Shown: one piece after another, positions 36,610 through 49,975 of the stretch
Numbering within the stretch: the stretch's first letter is position 1
Layout: every line of letters begins with the position of its first letter
Assembly: GCF_963921235.1 (NCBI RefSeq)
Contig: NC_086119.1
Location: 45,756,001-45,820,000, forward strand
DNA length: 64,000 nucleotides
Direction of reading: 5' to 3'
Origin: Mobula hypostoma
Taxonomy: Eukaryota
Position numbers and translations under genes: made by a program
Notes under the pieces: model-generated
The model's input: the letters and a program-made list of their open reading frames with translations, nothing else
Told to the model about the DNA's origin: nothing
The model's database searches: none

Positions 36610-39600
36610 GAGTACCATGAACAAAGCAGATGAGCTCAGAGTTGGATCAATACTTGGAGCTATGATGTTGTGGCCAGTACAGAGACTTGGATGGCTCGGG
36701 CAGGAAGGGCCGAGTGCCAGGCTTTAGATGTTTCAGAAAGGACAGAGAGGGAGGCAAAAGAGCTGTCACAGCTGCAGAAAATGAGGAATTCATGGAGGGA
36801 TTGTCTACTGGGTCTGTGTGGGTGGAAGTTAGGAACAGCAAGGGGTCAATAACTCAACTAGGTGTTTTTTATTGAGCACCCAATAGTAACAGGAACATTG
36901 AGGAGCAGATAGGGAGACAGATTTTGGAAAGATGCAATAATAGCAGGGTTGTCGGGGTGGGAGATTTTAATTTCCCAAATATTGATTGACATCTCCCTAG
37001 AACAAGGGGTTTAGATAGGGTGGAGTTTGTCAGGTGTGTTCAGGAGGGTTTCCTGACACATTATGTAGATAAGCCTACAAGAGGAGAGGCTGTACTTGAT
37101 CTGGTATTGGGAAATGAAACCTGGTTAGGTGTCAGGTCTGTCAGTGGGAGAGCATTTTGGAGATAGTGATCACAATTCTATCTCCTTTACCAAAGCATTG
37201 GAGAGGGATAGGAACAGAGAAGTTAGGAAAGCATTTAATTGGAGTAAGGGGAAATACGAAGCTATCAGTCAGCAACTTGGAAGCATAAATTGGGAACAAA
37301 TATTCTCAGGGAGATATATGACAGAAATGTGGCAAATGTTCAGCGGATATTTGCACGGTGTTCTGCATAGGTACGTTCTAATGCGGCAGGGAGGCAGGTG
37401 GTAGGGTACCGGAACCATGGTTGTACAAAGGCTGTTGTAAATCTAGTCAAGAAGAAAAGAAAGGCTTACGAAAGGTTCAAAAAACTAAGTAATGATAGAG
37501 ATCTAGAAAATTATGAGGCTAGCAGGAAGGAGTTTAAGAATGAAATTAGGAGAGCCAAAAGGGGCCATGAAAAGGCCTTGGTGAGCAGGATTATGGAAAA
37601 CCCCAAGGCATTCTACAAATATGTGAAGAGCAAGAGGATAAGACGTGTGCGAGAATAGGACCAATCAAGTGTGACAATGGAAAGGTGTGTATGGAGCCGG
37701 AGGAGATAGCGGAGGTACTTAATGAATACTTAGCTTCAGTATTCACTACGGAAAAGGACCTTGGCAATTGTATGGATGACTTACAGTGAACTGAAAACCT
37801 TGAGCTTATAGACATTAAGAAAGAGGATGTGCTGGAGTTTTGGAAAGCATTTAGTTGGATAAGTCACCGGGACCAGATGAGATATACCCCAGGCTCCTGT
37901 GGGAGTCATAGTCATACTTTATTGATCCTGGGGGAAATTGGTTTTCGTTACAGCTGCACCATAAATAATAAATAGTAATAAAACCATAAATAGTTAAGTA
38001 GTAATGTGTAAATTATGCCAGGAAATAAGTCCAGGACCAGCCTATTGGCTCAGGGTGTCTGACCCTCCAAGGGAGGAGTTGTAAAGTTTGATGGCCACAG
38101 GCAGGGATGACTTCCTATGACGCTCTGTATTGCATCTCGGTGGAATGAGTCTCTGGCTGAATGTACTCCTGTGCCCAACCAGTACATTATGTAGTGGATG
38201 GGAGACATTGTCCAAGATGGCATGCATCTTGGACAGCATCCTCTTTTCAGACACCACAGTTAGAGAGTCCAGTTCCATCCCCACAACATCACTGGCCTTA
38301 CGAATGAGTTTGTTGATTCTGTTGGTGTCTGCTACCCTCAGCCTGCTGCCCCAGCACACTACAGCAAACATGATAGCACTGGCCACCACAGACTCGTAGA
38401 ACATCCTCAGCATTGAACGGCAGATGTTAAAGGACCTCAGTCTCCTCAGGAAATAGAGACGGCTCTGACCCTTCTTGTAGACAGCCTCAGTGTTCTTTGA
38501 CCAGTCCAGTTTATTGTCAATTCGTATCCCCAGGTATTTGTAATCCTCCACCATGTCCACACTGACCCCCTGGAAGGAAACAGGGGTCACCGGTACCTTA
38601 GTTCTCCTCAGGTCTACCACCAGCTCCTTAGTCTTTTTCACATTAAGCTGTAGATAATTCTGCTCACACCATGTGACAAAGTTTCCTACCGTAGCCCTGT
38701 ACTCAGCCTCATCTCCCTTGCTGATGCATCCAACTATGGCAGAGTCATCAGAAAACTTCTGAAGATGACAAGACTCTGCAGTAGTTGAAGTCCAAGGTGT
38801 AAATGGTGAAGAGAAAGGGAGACAAGACAGTCCCCTGTGGAGCCCCAGTGCTGTTGATCACTCTGTCGGACACACAGTGTTGCAAGCACACGTACTGTGG
38901 TCTGCCAGTCAGGTAATCAAGAATCCATGATACCAGGAAAGCATCCACCTGCATTGCTGTCAGCTTCTCCCCCAGCAGAGTGGGGCGGATGGTGTTGAAC
39001 GCACTGGAGAAGTCAAAAAACATGACCCTCACAGTGCTCGCTGGCTTGTCCAGGTGGGCGTAGACATGGTTCAGCAGGTAGACGATGGCATCCTCAACTC
39101 CTAGCCGGGGCTGGTAGGCGAACTGGAGGGGATTGCCGGAGCAGCTCCAGAACAAGTCTCTCCAGGGTCTTCATGATGTGGGAGGTCAATGCCACAGGTC
39201 TGTAGTCATTGAGGCCGCTGGGGCGCAGCGTCTTCGACACAGGGACGAGGCAGGACATCTTCCACAAGGGAGGAGATTGCTGAGCCTCTGTCAATGATCT
39301 TTACATCATCAATGGGGATGGGAGAGGTTCCAGAGGATTGGAGAGTTTCAGATGTTGATCCCTTATTCAAGAAAGGGAGTGGAGATAGCCCAGGAAATTG
39401 TAGACCAGTGAGTCTTGCTTCAGTAGTTGGTAAGTTGATGGAGACAATTCTGAGAGGCAGGATTTATGAACATTTGGAGAGGCAAAATATGATTAGGAAT
39501 AGTCAGCATGGCTTTGTCAAAGGCAGGTCGTGCCTTACCAGCCTGATTGAATTTTTTGAGGATGTGACTAAACACATTGATGGAGGTAGAGAAGTAGATG

Positions 39601-40180
39601 TATATGTGGATTTCAGCACGGCATTTGATAAGGTACCCCATGCAAGGCATTGGCCTTCATCAACCGTGGGATTGAGTTCATGAGCTGAGAGGTAATGTTA
39701 CCATTGTATAGAACCCTGGTCAGACCCCACTTGGAGTACGGTGCTCAGTTCTGGTCGCCTCACTACAGGAAGGATGTGGAAACTATAGAAAGGGTACAGA
39801 GGAGATTTACAAAGATGTTGCCTGGATTGGGGAGCATGCCTTAAGAGAATAGGTTGAGTGAACTTGGCCTTTTCTCCTTTGAGCGATGGAGGATGAAAGG
39901 TGACCTGATAGAGGTGTACAAGATGATGAGAGGCTTTGATTGTGTGGATAGTCAGGGGCAAGTTTTTATGCAGAGATTGGTGAGTACGTGGAAAGGGCTG
40001 CCAGCGACTGTGGTGGAGATGGATGAAATAGGGTCTCTTATGAGGCTCCATGATAGGTACATGGAGCTTCCAAAAATAGAGGGCTATGGGTAACCCTAGG
40101 TAATTTCTAAAGTAAGTATATATTCGGCACAGCATTGTGGGCTGAAGGACTTGTATTGTGCTGCAGGTTTTCCATGTTTC
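36610..40180 (+). mobile_element. Degraded CR1 LINE ORF2 split by a Rex1/Babar insertion
   Basis: PGFRCFRKDR, VGEHFGDSDHNSI and PKAFYKYVKSKR, resuming at about 39267 with VPEDWRV...QHGFVKGRSCLT. Confidence 0.9.
37905..39266 (-). mobile_element. Rex1/Babar LINE (RT and 3' UTR) nested in CR1
   Basis: NDYRPVALTSHIMK, QFAYQP, FFDFSSAFNTI, GAPQGTVLSP, KTKELVVDLRR. (TATGAC)n tail. Confidence 0.92.
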
Positions 40181-40185
40181 TTTGC

Positions 40186-40483
40186 TTTTTTTTTGATGTG
40201 TGCCTGCGTGCATGCGAGTCTGTGCGTCTGTGTGCATCCGTGATGATGTCTTTTTCATGGCTTTTACAAGGTGCAGAGCGAGAGAGAGACTGTATGGCAC
40301 GCCACTCCTCACACAGTCATTTTCACAGTGTTTTTCCCTTTTCTGTTATGAGGTCGAGTTGCGATCTCGACACTCAACCCGGCACGGATGGAAAGTGTAC
40401 TCGGGAGCGGACCCAACTGGTTTTGAACCTGGGAACCTCTGCTCCCGGGTCCGGCGCCGATGTCGTTGTGCCACCAGCCGGCC
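40186..40483 (-). mobile_element. tRNA-derived SINE inserted in the CR1 tail
   Basis: Minus strand starts GGCCGGCTGGTGGCACAACG (A box) with GGTTCAAAACC (B box) and ends in an A-tail. Flanking repeat TGTTTCTTTG. Confidence 0.75.
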
Positions 40484-41648
40484 CCTGTTTCTTTGTTTCT
40501 AAGTCTTACTTAAATGGAGTTACAACCAATCCCCTCACTCACATTACTACAGTCCTTCACCGGCTGAACTTGATCTTGCATTGAACAACTTTTCAGTCAA
40601 CTCCAGACTCTTTCTCCAAGTGTGACTCTATCCTTTCCAGACTTGTACACCAGAAGAGAATAGACTTGTGAACAACATCCATTACAAGCCATGGACCCCT
40701 TTTGTTGCCTTTGAGGATTACTTAATTCCTCTTCAATTTTGTTGATTCTGAGGGGGATTGATGGGACTACAAAGTGTTTCCAACAGCCTCCTTTACCTGA
40801 TCTGTGTGGGGGTGATGGCTAAAGAAGGTAGACTTGATTATAAACCATGAGATATTAGAGTAGTGAGATTCAGGAAAAAAGGCATTGATAGAAGACATGA
40901 GACCAAGGGTATAAACATATTACACCAATGAGCAAGAAGGTGGCAGATGGGACATAGGTGAAAATATAAGGTTATATATAATCAGTCATACAGCTAGAAA
41001 CTGGCCTTTCAGTCCAGCATGTCCAGCCTGATCCTCAAGTACCAATCTATACTGTTGATGTTAACGAGTAATAGGTCTGTAGTCTATGAACCTTGGTAAC
41101 TGGGGTTCTTCTCTGAACATTTTTTAAATGCTATGATAATTATTGCCATCGGCGCTAATTCAGGTGATGCATTGCAAATTTGAGAGTTGGAGGCTATTTA
41201 CATGATAGTTGAAGACCCTGACTTTACATGGACCACTGTTGCAGATGGTGTCTTTTGTCTTTGAAATTGCTTTTAGCCACCAACTATGCCCTTTCTGCTG
41301 CCACTTCTCAAGCCTACCTCCATAGCTTCCTACCTTGCATACTTTATTTAAGTGGTTACACACTACCCATCTGCAAACTTCTCTTCGTCTTTCATGATCT
41401 CCTCCCCAGCACTTCATTTGAAATTCTTCCTCTTTCAGTTTGAAGGAGCTTGGGGAGGAAATTCTACCATGCACGAGACCTGTGGTAAAGTAACTGAGGT
41501 GAGCCTCAGATTATCAAAGGTCAATTGTCCATAGTTTGGGCCTTTTGATTATTGAATTTTGTTACATAGGATTCAGTGAATGAAGGAACAGAATGTGAAT
41601 TGTGCCTTTGTTGATTTTCACACAGAGTGAGGAACAGCAGCTCCAAAT

Positions 41649-41728
41649 ATGACAAAGATCACAAAAGAAGTATTACTTGAAAAAGGAGTCCCAAAGGACT
41701 CGAAATTGGAACATGTCAAGAAAATCGA
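41649..41728 (+). CDS. LRWD1: LRWD1 (ORCA) coding exon 1
   Basis: MTKITKEVLLEKGVPKDSKLEHVKKI(D). Acceptor ttttcacacAG at 41624-41625. Donor GA|GTAAGA. 80 coding nt, phase 2, joins the next exon in frame. Confidence 0.85.
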
Positions 41729-42888
41729 GTAAGAAGAATTAATCTATTATTACTATTCTCATTAAACCCCCAGAGTGTGGGCTTCACAAGATTTTGGAAG
41801 TAAATTTTTATTGAACTATAGTTAAAAATTATTTGAACATAACCTCAGAGATACTTCTGGATATATGTTTTATTTGTTCAGAATTGCAGATGTTGAGAAA
41901 ATTGAAAGGCCTTGATAGAATGGACGTGGAGAGGATGTTTTCAATAGTGGGAGATTCTAGGAACAAAAGATGGACGTCCCTTTAGAACAGAGATAAGGAG
42001 GAATTTCTTTATCCAGAGGCTGGTGAATCTATGAAATTCATTGCTATAAACCACTGTGGAGGTCAAGTCATTTAGTATGTTTAAGTGGGAGTTGATGGAT
42101 TTTTGATTAGTAAGGGTGTCAAGGGTTACAGAGAGAAGGCAGGGAAATGGGGCTGAATGAGGGAAAATAAATCAGCCATATATATTACTGTACAAAACAT
42201 CTTCAGCTATTTTTCTGGTGATTCTAAACAGTATGGTATTTGGCTCATTTGGATTTTCCTGCTTTGAATATAGAATATCCTCAGAAAATTTTGGCAATGG
42301 TAGCTTGGGATGTGTTCCCAGGAAATGCAAATAGAATCAAGGAAAGATTAGCTTTATTTGTCACATGTACATCAAAGCATACAGTGAAATGTGTCATTTG
42401 TGTTAACGACCAACACAGTCCGAATATGTGCTGGAGACAGCCTGCGAGTGTCTCCATGCTTCCAGCACTAGCATACCATGTCAACAACTTACCACCCTTA
42501 ACCTGTGTGTTTTCGGAAATGGGAGGAAATTGGATCACCTGGGTGAAACCCTGGTCCTCGTCACAGGGAGAACATACAACCTCCTTACGCACAGAGGTGG
42601 GAATCGAACCCTGGTCACTGGCACTGTAGTAGTGTTATGCTGCAGTGCTGCCCCTAACTGCTAAACTAATGGTGATCATTGTAACCTCTTAAGTGTAGAG
42701 AATCATGAATGATAACACTACTCTGCAGGAGCTTGGACCAAAGGCCTGTACTTCCTGAAGTTGTTGGTTGTTCTGCCAGGAATTTCATCACTTGCAGCTT
42801 AGCATGATGAGCCTGTTTGATATGTTGGGATGTGTTTTATCACTCAGTACTTGCTTAGTGTGTGGATAGAACACCAATTCTATAGTGG

Positions 42889-42965
42889 GTCTCTCCCCCT
42901 CCCCCTCCCCCCTCCCTCTCTCTCCCCCCCTCCCTCCCTCCCTCTCTCTCTCTCCCCCTTTTTTT
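42889..42965. repeat. Polypyrimidine (C/T) low-complexity tract
   Basis: Uninterrupted run of C and T. Confidence 0.9.
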
Positions 42966-43179
42966 GCTGGATGTGTAATGAAGTATTTTGAAAGGAATAG
43001 ATTACTATTTGATTCTTGGTGAATGGTAAAATTACAAAAATGGTGTACCGGACTAATGCAAAGCAATATTCAAATTAGCAACTGCTTGTCCATCACTCGG
43101 GAAAATTGTAATATTAATACTGCAATTTGTACATTTCTTTTGAAATTTAATCTTACTTAATTTTCCCTTTTTTATTCAG

Positions 43180-43414
43180 TCTTTCTAACTTAAGTTTGAA
43201 AACAAGCGATTTGGATCCAGTATTATTTTCCCAGTTACTGGAGTTGGAAGAACTGGACGTGTCTGGAAATATGCTAACAGAAATTCCAAACAATTTGGGA
43301 CTTGCCAACCTGAAATGTCTAAACTGTGCCAATAATGATTTGGAGCAGATTACGTCACTTGGACAGTTTGTGAATCTTGAAGATCTCAATTGTGATGATA
43401 ACTTGCATTTGACG
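43180..43414 (+). CDS. LRWD1: LRWD1 coding exon 2 (leucine-rich repeats)
   Basis: ttcAG|T. LSNLSLKTSDLDP...LEELDVSGNMLTEIPNNLGLANLKCLNCANNDL is an LRR pattern. Donor ACG|GTAAGT. 235 nt. Confidence 0.95.
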
Positions 43415-43579
43415 GTAAGTGACTGAGTAGGAGTAAAACTGATGTCATCAAAGCAGGCATGATTAACCTTGTTTAGGTTTATTTAATGAAACATTTTCTT
43501 TTTGACCCTCTGGAAACAGTGTATGGTTTTGCTTATTACCAATTTACTAGCCTTTCAAGCCCACTTCCATTCCGTGGTT

Positions 43580-43870
43580 ATTTATTTATTTAGCGATACA
43601 GTGTGCAGTAGGCCCTTCTGCCCTTCTAGCAATGCCGCCCCAACAAACCTGATTAACCCTATCCTAATTATGGGGCAGTTCACAATGGCCAGTTAACCTA
43701 TTTGTACGTCTTTGGACTGTGGGAGGAAACCAGAAGACCTGGACAAAAACCACGCAGTCCATGAGGAGGACGTACAAAGACTGCTCACAGAATGGCACCG
43801 GAATTGAACTCTGAGCTCCAGAAAGCTACGAGCATAATAGCATCGCGCTAGCCACTGTGCAGATGTGGTG
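43580..43870 (-). mobile_element. tRNA-derived SINE (related copies at about 42340-42660, 52415-52690 and 57040-57320)
   Basis: Similar to 9395-9658: (TTTA)n end, tttggactgtgggaggaa core, gaattgaac B-box complement. Confidence 0.7.
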
Positions 43871-46774
43871 TACTCTGCCAAATGAATCAAGAGTCAGCAA
43901 ATATTAGGATGTCATTGTCACTGGAGCCTGATTTTGTTTGTAAGTGGAAGAAAATAGTTTAGTTTAATTGACTAGAGTTAATGTCTGAAGGCATAGCCTG
44001 GATTAGACAAAAAAATTTTTTCTCAGATGTACCTTGCATTAGGTCATGACTGCAGTGATAATGCTCTCGTACTTACTTTTGCACTTGAAGCTTGGATATT
44101 AAGTGACTTTTGCTGCTGCCTGATTTACTTTTACGTGGTCTGGGTCTGACTCTGTCCTTCCTTTCTTGGATCTCTCCAACTCCATCTTGAGTAATAGGTT
44201 AGCAATAAACCTTTCGAAAGGACTAGAATATAAAAGGAAGTAATGCTGAGGATTTATAAGGCATTGGTAAGGCAATATTTGTGATAATTTTTGTACCCCT
44301 TATCTAAGGAAGGATATGTTGGAGTTAGAAGGGTCTAGAGGCGGTTGAGAGAAATGATCTCAAAGATGAAACAACTCCCAATTTATACTCACTGGCATTG
44401 GGAAGGATGAGGACGGGGGAATCACATTGAAATGTGCTGAATATTGAAAGGCCTGTGTACAACTGTAGCTTCTCCTGCACAGCTCTTCACTGCATTTAAT
44501 CTATTTTCTGTATCTCTGTTCTTGTTCTGTCTCCTCCAGAGCAAAGCTAGGATAAAACTCCTCTGGGTCCTTAACCCCAAACCATCAACTTTTTTGTTCA
44601 GTGGACCATCCTTTGCAATTTCTGCCAGCTTGAACAAGGTTGTAAGCCAAACACACCCATCTCCTCTCAGCAATTCAAAGGGATCATTCCCTTTGTCATT
44701 CTCCGGCCTGTGCTGTTCTAAACCCAGGAGCCACTGTTTCCTATGGCTCTTTAACATCTGCAGTGTGCAGGGGTGGCTCAGAACCTCTTGCTGCTTGCCA
44801 CTTTAATTCTCCATCCCACTTCCACTATTAATGCCCAATGTCAGATTGAAGAATAGCACTTCAGGGTATTTTACAACTTCTGGACTCAATACTGAATTCT
44901 ATATCTTCAGGTAACTTGCTTTTTCTAGTATAAGTGGCCATTTCTTTTCGCAAACAACAGGAATTCTGCAGATGCTGGAAATTCAAGCAACTTTTATGGC
45001 CATTTCTTTTATAAGGTTTACCATCTATGAGAGTGCAACAGTGTTTTCCTCTCCATTAACACAAACTGACCTGCTGGGCATGTTACTGTCCTTTCCTTAT
45101 CAAATTTGTCGCTCTCTAATTGCCATTATCTCATGGCCTTATTCAATTTTTTCTTTCTCATTACTGCCATATGACCTCTGTAGGGTATCCCCTCAGCAAT
45201 CTCAGCCTTGCCTTTTTAGGAACATACATTGACAATGGAACAAATGGTTACAGCGAGGCTTTCTCATTTTGTGGAGGGTCATGGAAAATTAGATGTTTCC
45301 CAATCTGGATTTTGTAAAGGGGGAATGACCAGAGACTCAGTGTTAAGTTTTGAATCTGAAATTTGTAAAGCCCCGGTTAATAAAGAATCAGTGGCAGAAG
45401 TTTTATTTTATGTAGAAAAAGCTTATGGTATGTTATGGACACAAGGCTTATTGCTTAAACTTGAAAAGATGGGACCAGGTGGTTGATAGAATGTTCAACT
45501 GGATTCAAGTTTTTTTTTTATGTAACAGGAAGATACAAGTTAGGGTGGGAGCATTTTAAGGAATGATACTTCACAGGACTATATGTAGCCGACTCCTTTT
45601 TAATACTATGATTAATGTTATTCTCTTAAATTCGTGTCACATTTCTAAATTGTTATATGTTAATGACAGTGTAGTGTGGAAGAGAGGGAAGGGTACAAGT
45701 TATATAGTTGGGAAGTTGCAGGCAGTTGTTAATGAAATAGAGGATTGGGGATGTTGATGGAACTTTACGTTTTCTGCTGCAGAGGCTCAAGCTATTTGTT
45801 TTTTTAAAAGGAGCATTACACCCACAATTGACCTCAGTAAATCTCTTAAACAGGATTCAGTGGTAAAGTTTCTTGGTATGTGGATGGATACAAGGCTAAC
45901 ATGGAAAGTGCATGTGAATAGAATTCCAGAGAAGTGTAAAAATGTCCTCAATGCACTCAGTTGGCTGTGATTGGGATGAAAGTAAGAGGTCATTAAAGCC
46001 GTACACATTTGTTTAACTCAGATCTGTCTTTGATTATGGATGTGTTACTTATGGGTCAGTCTCAGCAGCAGTCTTAGATAAAGTTCAAGCTCGAGCATTA
46101 AGATTATTCTGTGGTTCTATTAAATAATTCCCAGATTTGCCATTAATGGTAGAAATGGGTGAAGTACTTTTCACATCTACATAGGTTACAGTCAGCAGTG
46201 GTTTTATTAGGTTAACATAAGTGGACCGTAAAGTTGGTCAGCCAGTGTTGACAACATTAGTAGTGTTCGGAGCACTTCATTCGTAAGGTCTTCAGTTTTG
46301 CATGGAGGGGATATGAATGAACACAAAAATCTTGGGTTGTTTAATGTGGATTACAGTCCCATTGTACCCCTTTCTGCCATTCCTCCGTTGGTTTTCCCTT
46401 GACCTGTGGTTGATTTAGGCCTTCAAAAAAAAAACCGATCAAGATGAAGATTGATTGCATGTCAGTGGTACAGGTAGTTCAGCAATATATGCAAGGCAGA
46501 TATTATGGTTATTTACATATCTATACAGTTGGTTCAAAAAACCCAGTGACAGGTCATTCAGGTGTTTCTGTCTATGTGCCAAGTTTCAGGTGACTATTGC
46601 AAAAGCAATGTCAGACAAAGTATCACTATTCACGTCTGAGGTGGTGTAATCATTTTAGCCTAGGAATGGATTGAAGAAGTATGCTCTGGTTATGTACTTC
46701 TGTGCTCCGATTTGTTCTTGGTTTTGACATCTATTAAACCAGATACTTCAAATTGTAGGCCAAACCTTCTTCTA

Positions 46775-47590
46775 TAATGAAGTTCTCAGACAGCTGGCAT
46801 CAATCTTGGAACAGAGGCGAATCACCACAAATGCTCTCCCACAAACATTGGCAGGAAATATCCATATCACACAATTTGTACCAGCAGGCCAACCTCCAGT
46901 GCACCATATAACATCAAAAGATGTAAGCATTCTGCAGGTTGCTCGGGATTGGAAAATGGACATGGACTTGGGGAAAAAAAGCTTGTGTTTCCCCCAGACG
47001 TTGCGGCTACAACACTCCGGCCAGACACGGTCCTGTGGTCCGCAACAGCCAAGCTGGCATATGTTGTGGAATTGACAGTACCATGGGAAGATGGTGTCGA
47101 AGAAGCTTATGGGAGGAAAAAGACCAACTCTGAACTGGCAACTGAAGCCTCCCAGAATGGCTGAAAGACCAAAATTTTCCCTGTAGAAGTGGGATGTAGA
47201 GGATTCGTTGCGACATCTCCGACCAGTCTATTGAAGAAGATGGGGGTGAGGGGTCACTCCCTCCAACAAGCAATCAAGTCCTTGTCAAATGCAGCAGAAG
47301 AAAGCAGCAATTAGATTTGGATTAAAAGGAAAGACAACAACTGGGCTGCAAGATGAAGACAGGAGGGTATGGAACTGAGGGGGGTGTATCTGGGACGCCA
47401 GGTAGCACCGTTGAGCCCTCTGGAGACGTCGTGGGCTTATCAACAGAATGTCAGAGAAGGAGGGTGCCCACCTGATGACCCCAATGACGTACCTACCTTC
47501 CCTCCTTGTCACTTCTCCAAGCCCACTGCCAACATCGAGAGTGCCAACTTACCATAGGGATTGAAACATCAAGTCCTAGTAGCTCTACTA
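46775..47590 (+). mobile_element. 3' fragment of an RLE-type (Hero-like) non-LTR retrotransposon
   Basis: LRPDTVLWS...VVELTVPWEDGVEEAYGRKK...FPVEVGCRGFVA, a PD-(D/E)xK restriction-like endonuclease pattern. Confidence 0.8.
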
Positions 47591-48112
47591 TATTGAACAA
47601 CATCTGTTGAGGCTACAAAGTGTAGGCTTATGTATCCATTTCTTCTCAGTCTCTGCCCACGTTGAAAGAAATGAGGTAGCAGATCTTCTGGTCAAACAAT
47701 CACTAAAAATTAATGATGTATATATATAGTGGTCCCTTTGCATAAAGGAGGAGGGGGTGAAAGCCATAATTTAAAAAGTCTGTTTTATTACTGCCACAAC
47801 GAAGTTGGGATAAGGAAAAGAAAGGACACCATTTTTATAAAAGTCAGAGGATGGTGGGAGCTCAATTGGGACGTGGGTATAACAGGAGGAAAGAAGTTAT
47901 ACGTACACTTTTATATATTGGACATACTAGGTTGAATAGTTCTTTGTTCAGAACTAATATGCATTATATGGAAGTTTGTAAGGAGTACACTTGTTAAGAA
48001 ATGGTGCAACATACATTGTTTGAATACAGTTCCTATGAAGTGCAAGGGAAATGTCTAATTGCTAAATAGACATCTTTAGAACAGACAGTTCAACATGGAA
48101 AGTTTGTTAGGA

Positions 48113-48623
48113 CAGTTGTCCCCAACCTTCTTTGCACCACAGACTGGTTTAATATTGATGGTATTCTTGCAGACCGGCCGACTGGGGGGGTGGGGGAATG
48201 TTCAAGTAGGGTTGCCAACTTTCTCACTCCCAAATAAGGGACAAAAGTAGCAGCCAAATACGGGACACTTGTGCTCACTCCGAGAAAGACTACCGTGACC
48301 ATGTGTGCATGCGTGTATGTGCCGATTTTTTTTGTTCTCTACAAGTCAGTTTTGGCTTAATCTTCTCAATTCTGTTAAGTGAAACTACACTGTACATACA
48401 TTATTTCTACTTTATATAGGTTGTGTATTTATCATATCATTCCTGCTTTTACTATATGATAGTGTTATTTTAGGATTTGTGTGTTATTTGGTATGATTTG
48501 GTAGGTTATTTGTTCAAGTTCAACAGTGCATGACAGGGAATGAGGAAAGGTGCAGCTGGCTCGTATTGTTTCATATTGCCAAATCATATTGTTTCCTCGC
48601 AGCCCGGTGACTGGGGACCACTG
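48113..48623. mobile_element. Non-autonomous hAT/Charlie element (511 bp)
   Basis: Ends CAGTTGTCCCCA / TGGGGACCACTG. Exact 8-bp TSD TGTTAGGA. Shares sequence with 59366-60551. Confidence 0.9.
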
Positions 48624-49499
48624 TGTTAGGATATCACTGCCATTGTAATGTATATAAGTGCATATTTGACTTTCTAGAAAGCAGACTTTTTGTTGGGGGG
48701 GTGGAGGCAAATTAAAGTGGATGTACTTCCAGACTGTTGCACACTCCAGCTCAGTAGGTGGCAGTAATGCACCTTGCCTTCTGCCATTAAATAATACCAG
48801 AAGAAGGAGAATTCATTTTATCTTGTCTAACCCATTCCCACCTTCACTGAAACTGAAACATCCCTGCAATTTAGAACTACCTTGCTTTCTCCTTTCTCCT
48901 CTCAGTTGTGAGAAAGGATCTTTGCACTAAATTAATTCTGTTTCTCTTTCTACAGATGATTGGTAACCTAATGAATGTTTCCGTTATTTTGTGTTTTTAT
49001 TTCACATTTTCAGTATCTGCTTATTTTAAATATATATATACATACACATTGTCCTACTGGCCTACCTCTTAGCTACCAAGAGACCCATGTCCAGTAGCAT
49101 GGGCAAGATTGCTGATGATGACGGGTTACACCCTCTCTGATCTCAGTTGCCTTTCGTCTTTATATTTTCTAGTTGCTTGTAATATACTGGTGGTTTAAAG
49201 ATGCACATTGTACGTAACCTCTAGTGTCTGCATGTTGGTGCCATTCAAATACTCAGATACATGCCCAGTACACTGTTTGTAAGCAAGAAGAATCCCAATC
49301 TGAGATTTGCAGCCAGCAGTTGCAGAAGATAACTTAGAGTGAGAATTGACATAATAAGTCGCTTAGCATGACATCAGTAACTCGGGAAATGATTGGGGGT
49401 TGAAACTCACTGGATGGGTGTTCTGCTGTAGAGGGTTTGTCAGGTCTTGTCTGACGGCCTTCAAGTAACAGCAAGGATTATGGAAGAACATAGATGCCA

Positions 49500-49975
49500 C
49501 CTTGTCATCTGGAACCCCCCCTTCTCCCACCCCCCCCCCCACCACCACCACCACCCAGGACATGCTCGCTTCTCGCTGCTGCCATCAGGAAGGAGATATA
49601 GCAGCCTCAGGGTTCACATCTCCAGGTTCAGGAGCAGTTGTTACTCCTCGACCATCAAGCTTTTGAAGCAAATGGGAGAGCTTCACAATTGAAATGTTTC
49701 CACAACCTATGGGCTCACTTTCAAAGACTCGTCATCTCATGTTCTTGATATTTATTGCTTATTTATTTATTATTATTTTTCTTCGTATTTGAATAGTTTG
49801 TTGACCTTTGCACCCTGGTTGAATAGCCAAGTTGGTGCAGTATTTCATTTATTCTATTATGGTTATTATTATATTATGGATTTATTAAGTATGCCCACAA
49901 AAAATGAATCTCTGCATTATATACGGTGATGTTATGTACTTTGATAATAAATTTACTTTGAACTTTTGAGCTTTT
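49500..49975 (+). mobile_element. Rex1/Babar 3' fragment
   Basis: HHPGHARFSLLPSGRRYSSLRVHISRFRSS followed by a 3' UTR ending (TTTGAAC). Confidence 0.75.

Larger units (their letters stand above)
45226..48812 (+). mobile_element. Degraded I/Nimb-like LINE with RNase H remnant, hosting two nested insertions
   Basis: SQSGFCKG...VEKAYGMLW (RT), IYTVGSK (RNase H IYTDGSK-like) and an AH...NEVADLL remnant. 3' end ggtggcagtaatgcacc...(AGA)n. Confidence 0.65.
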
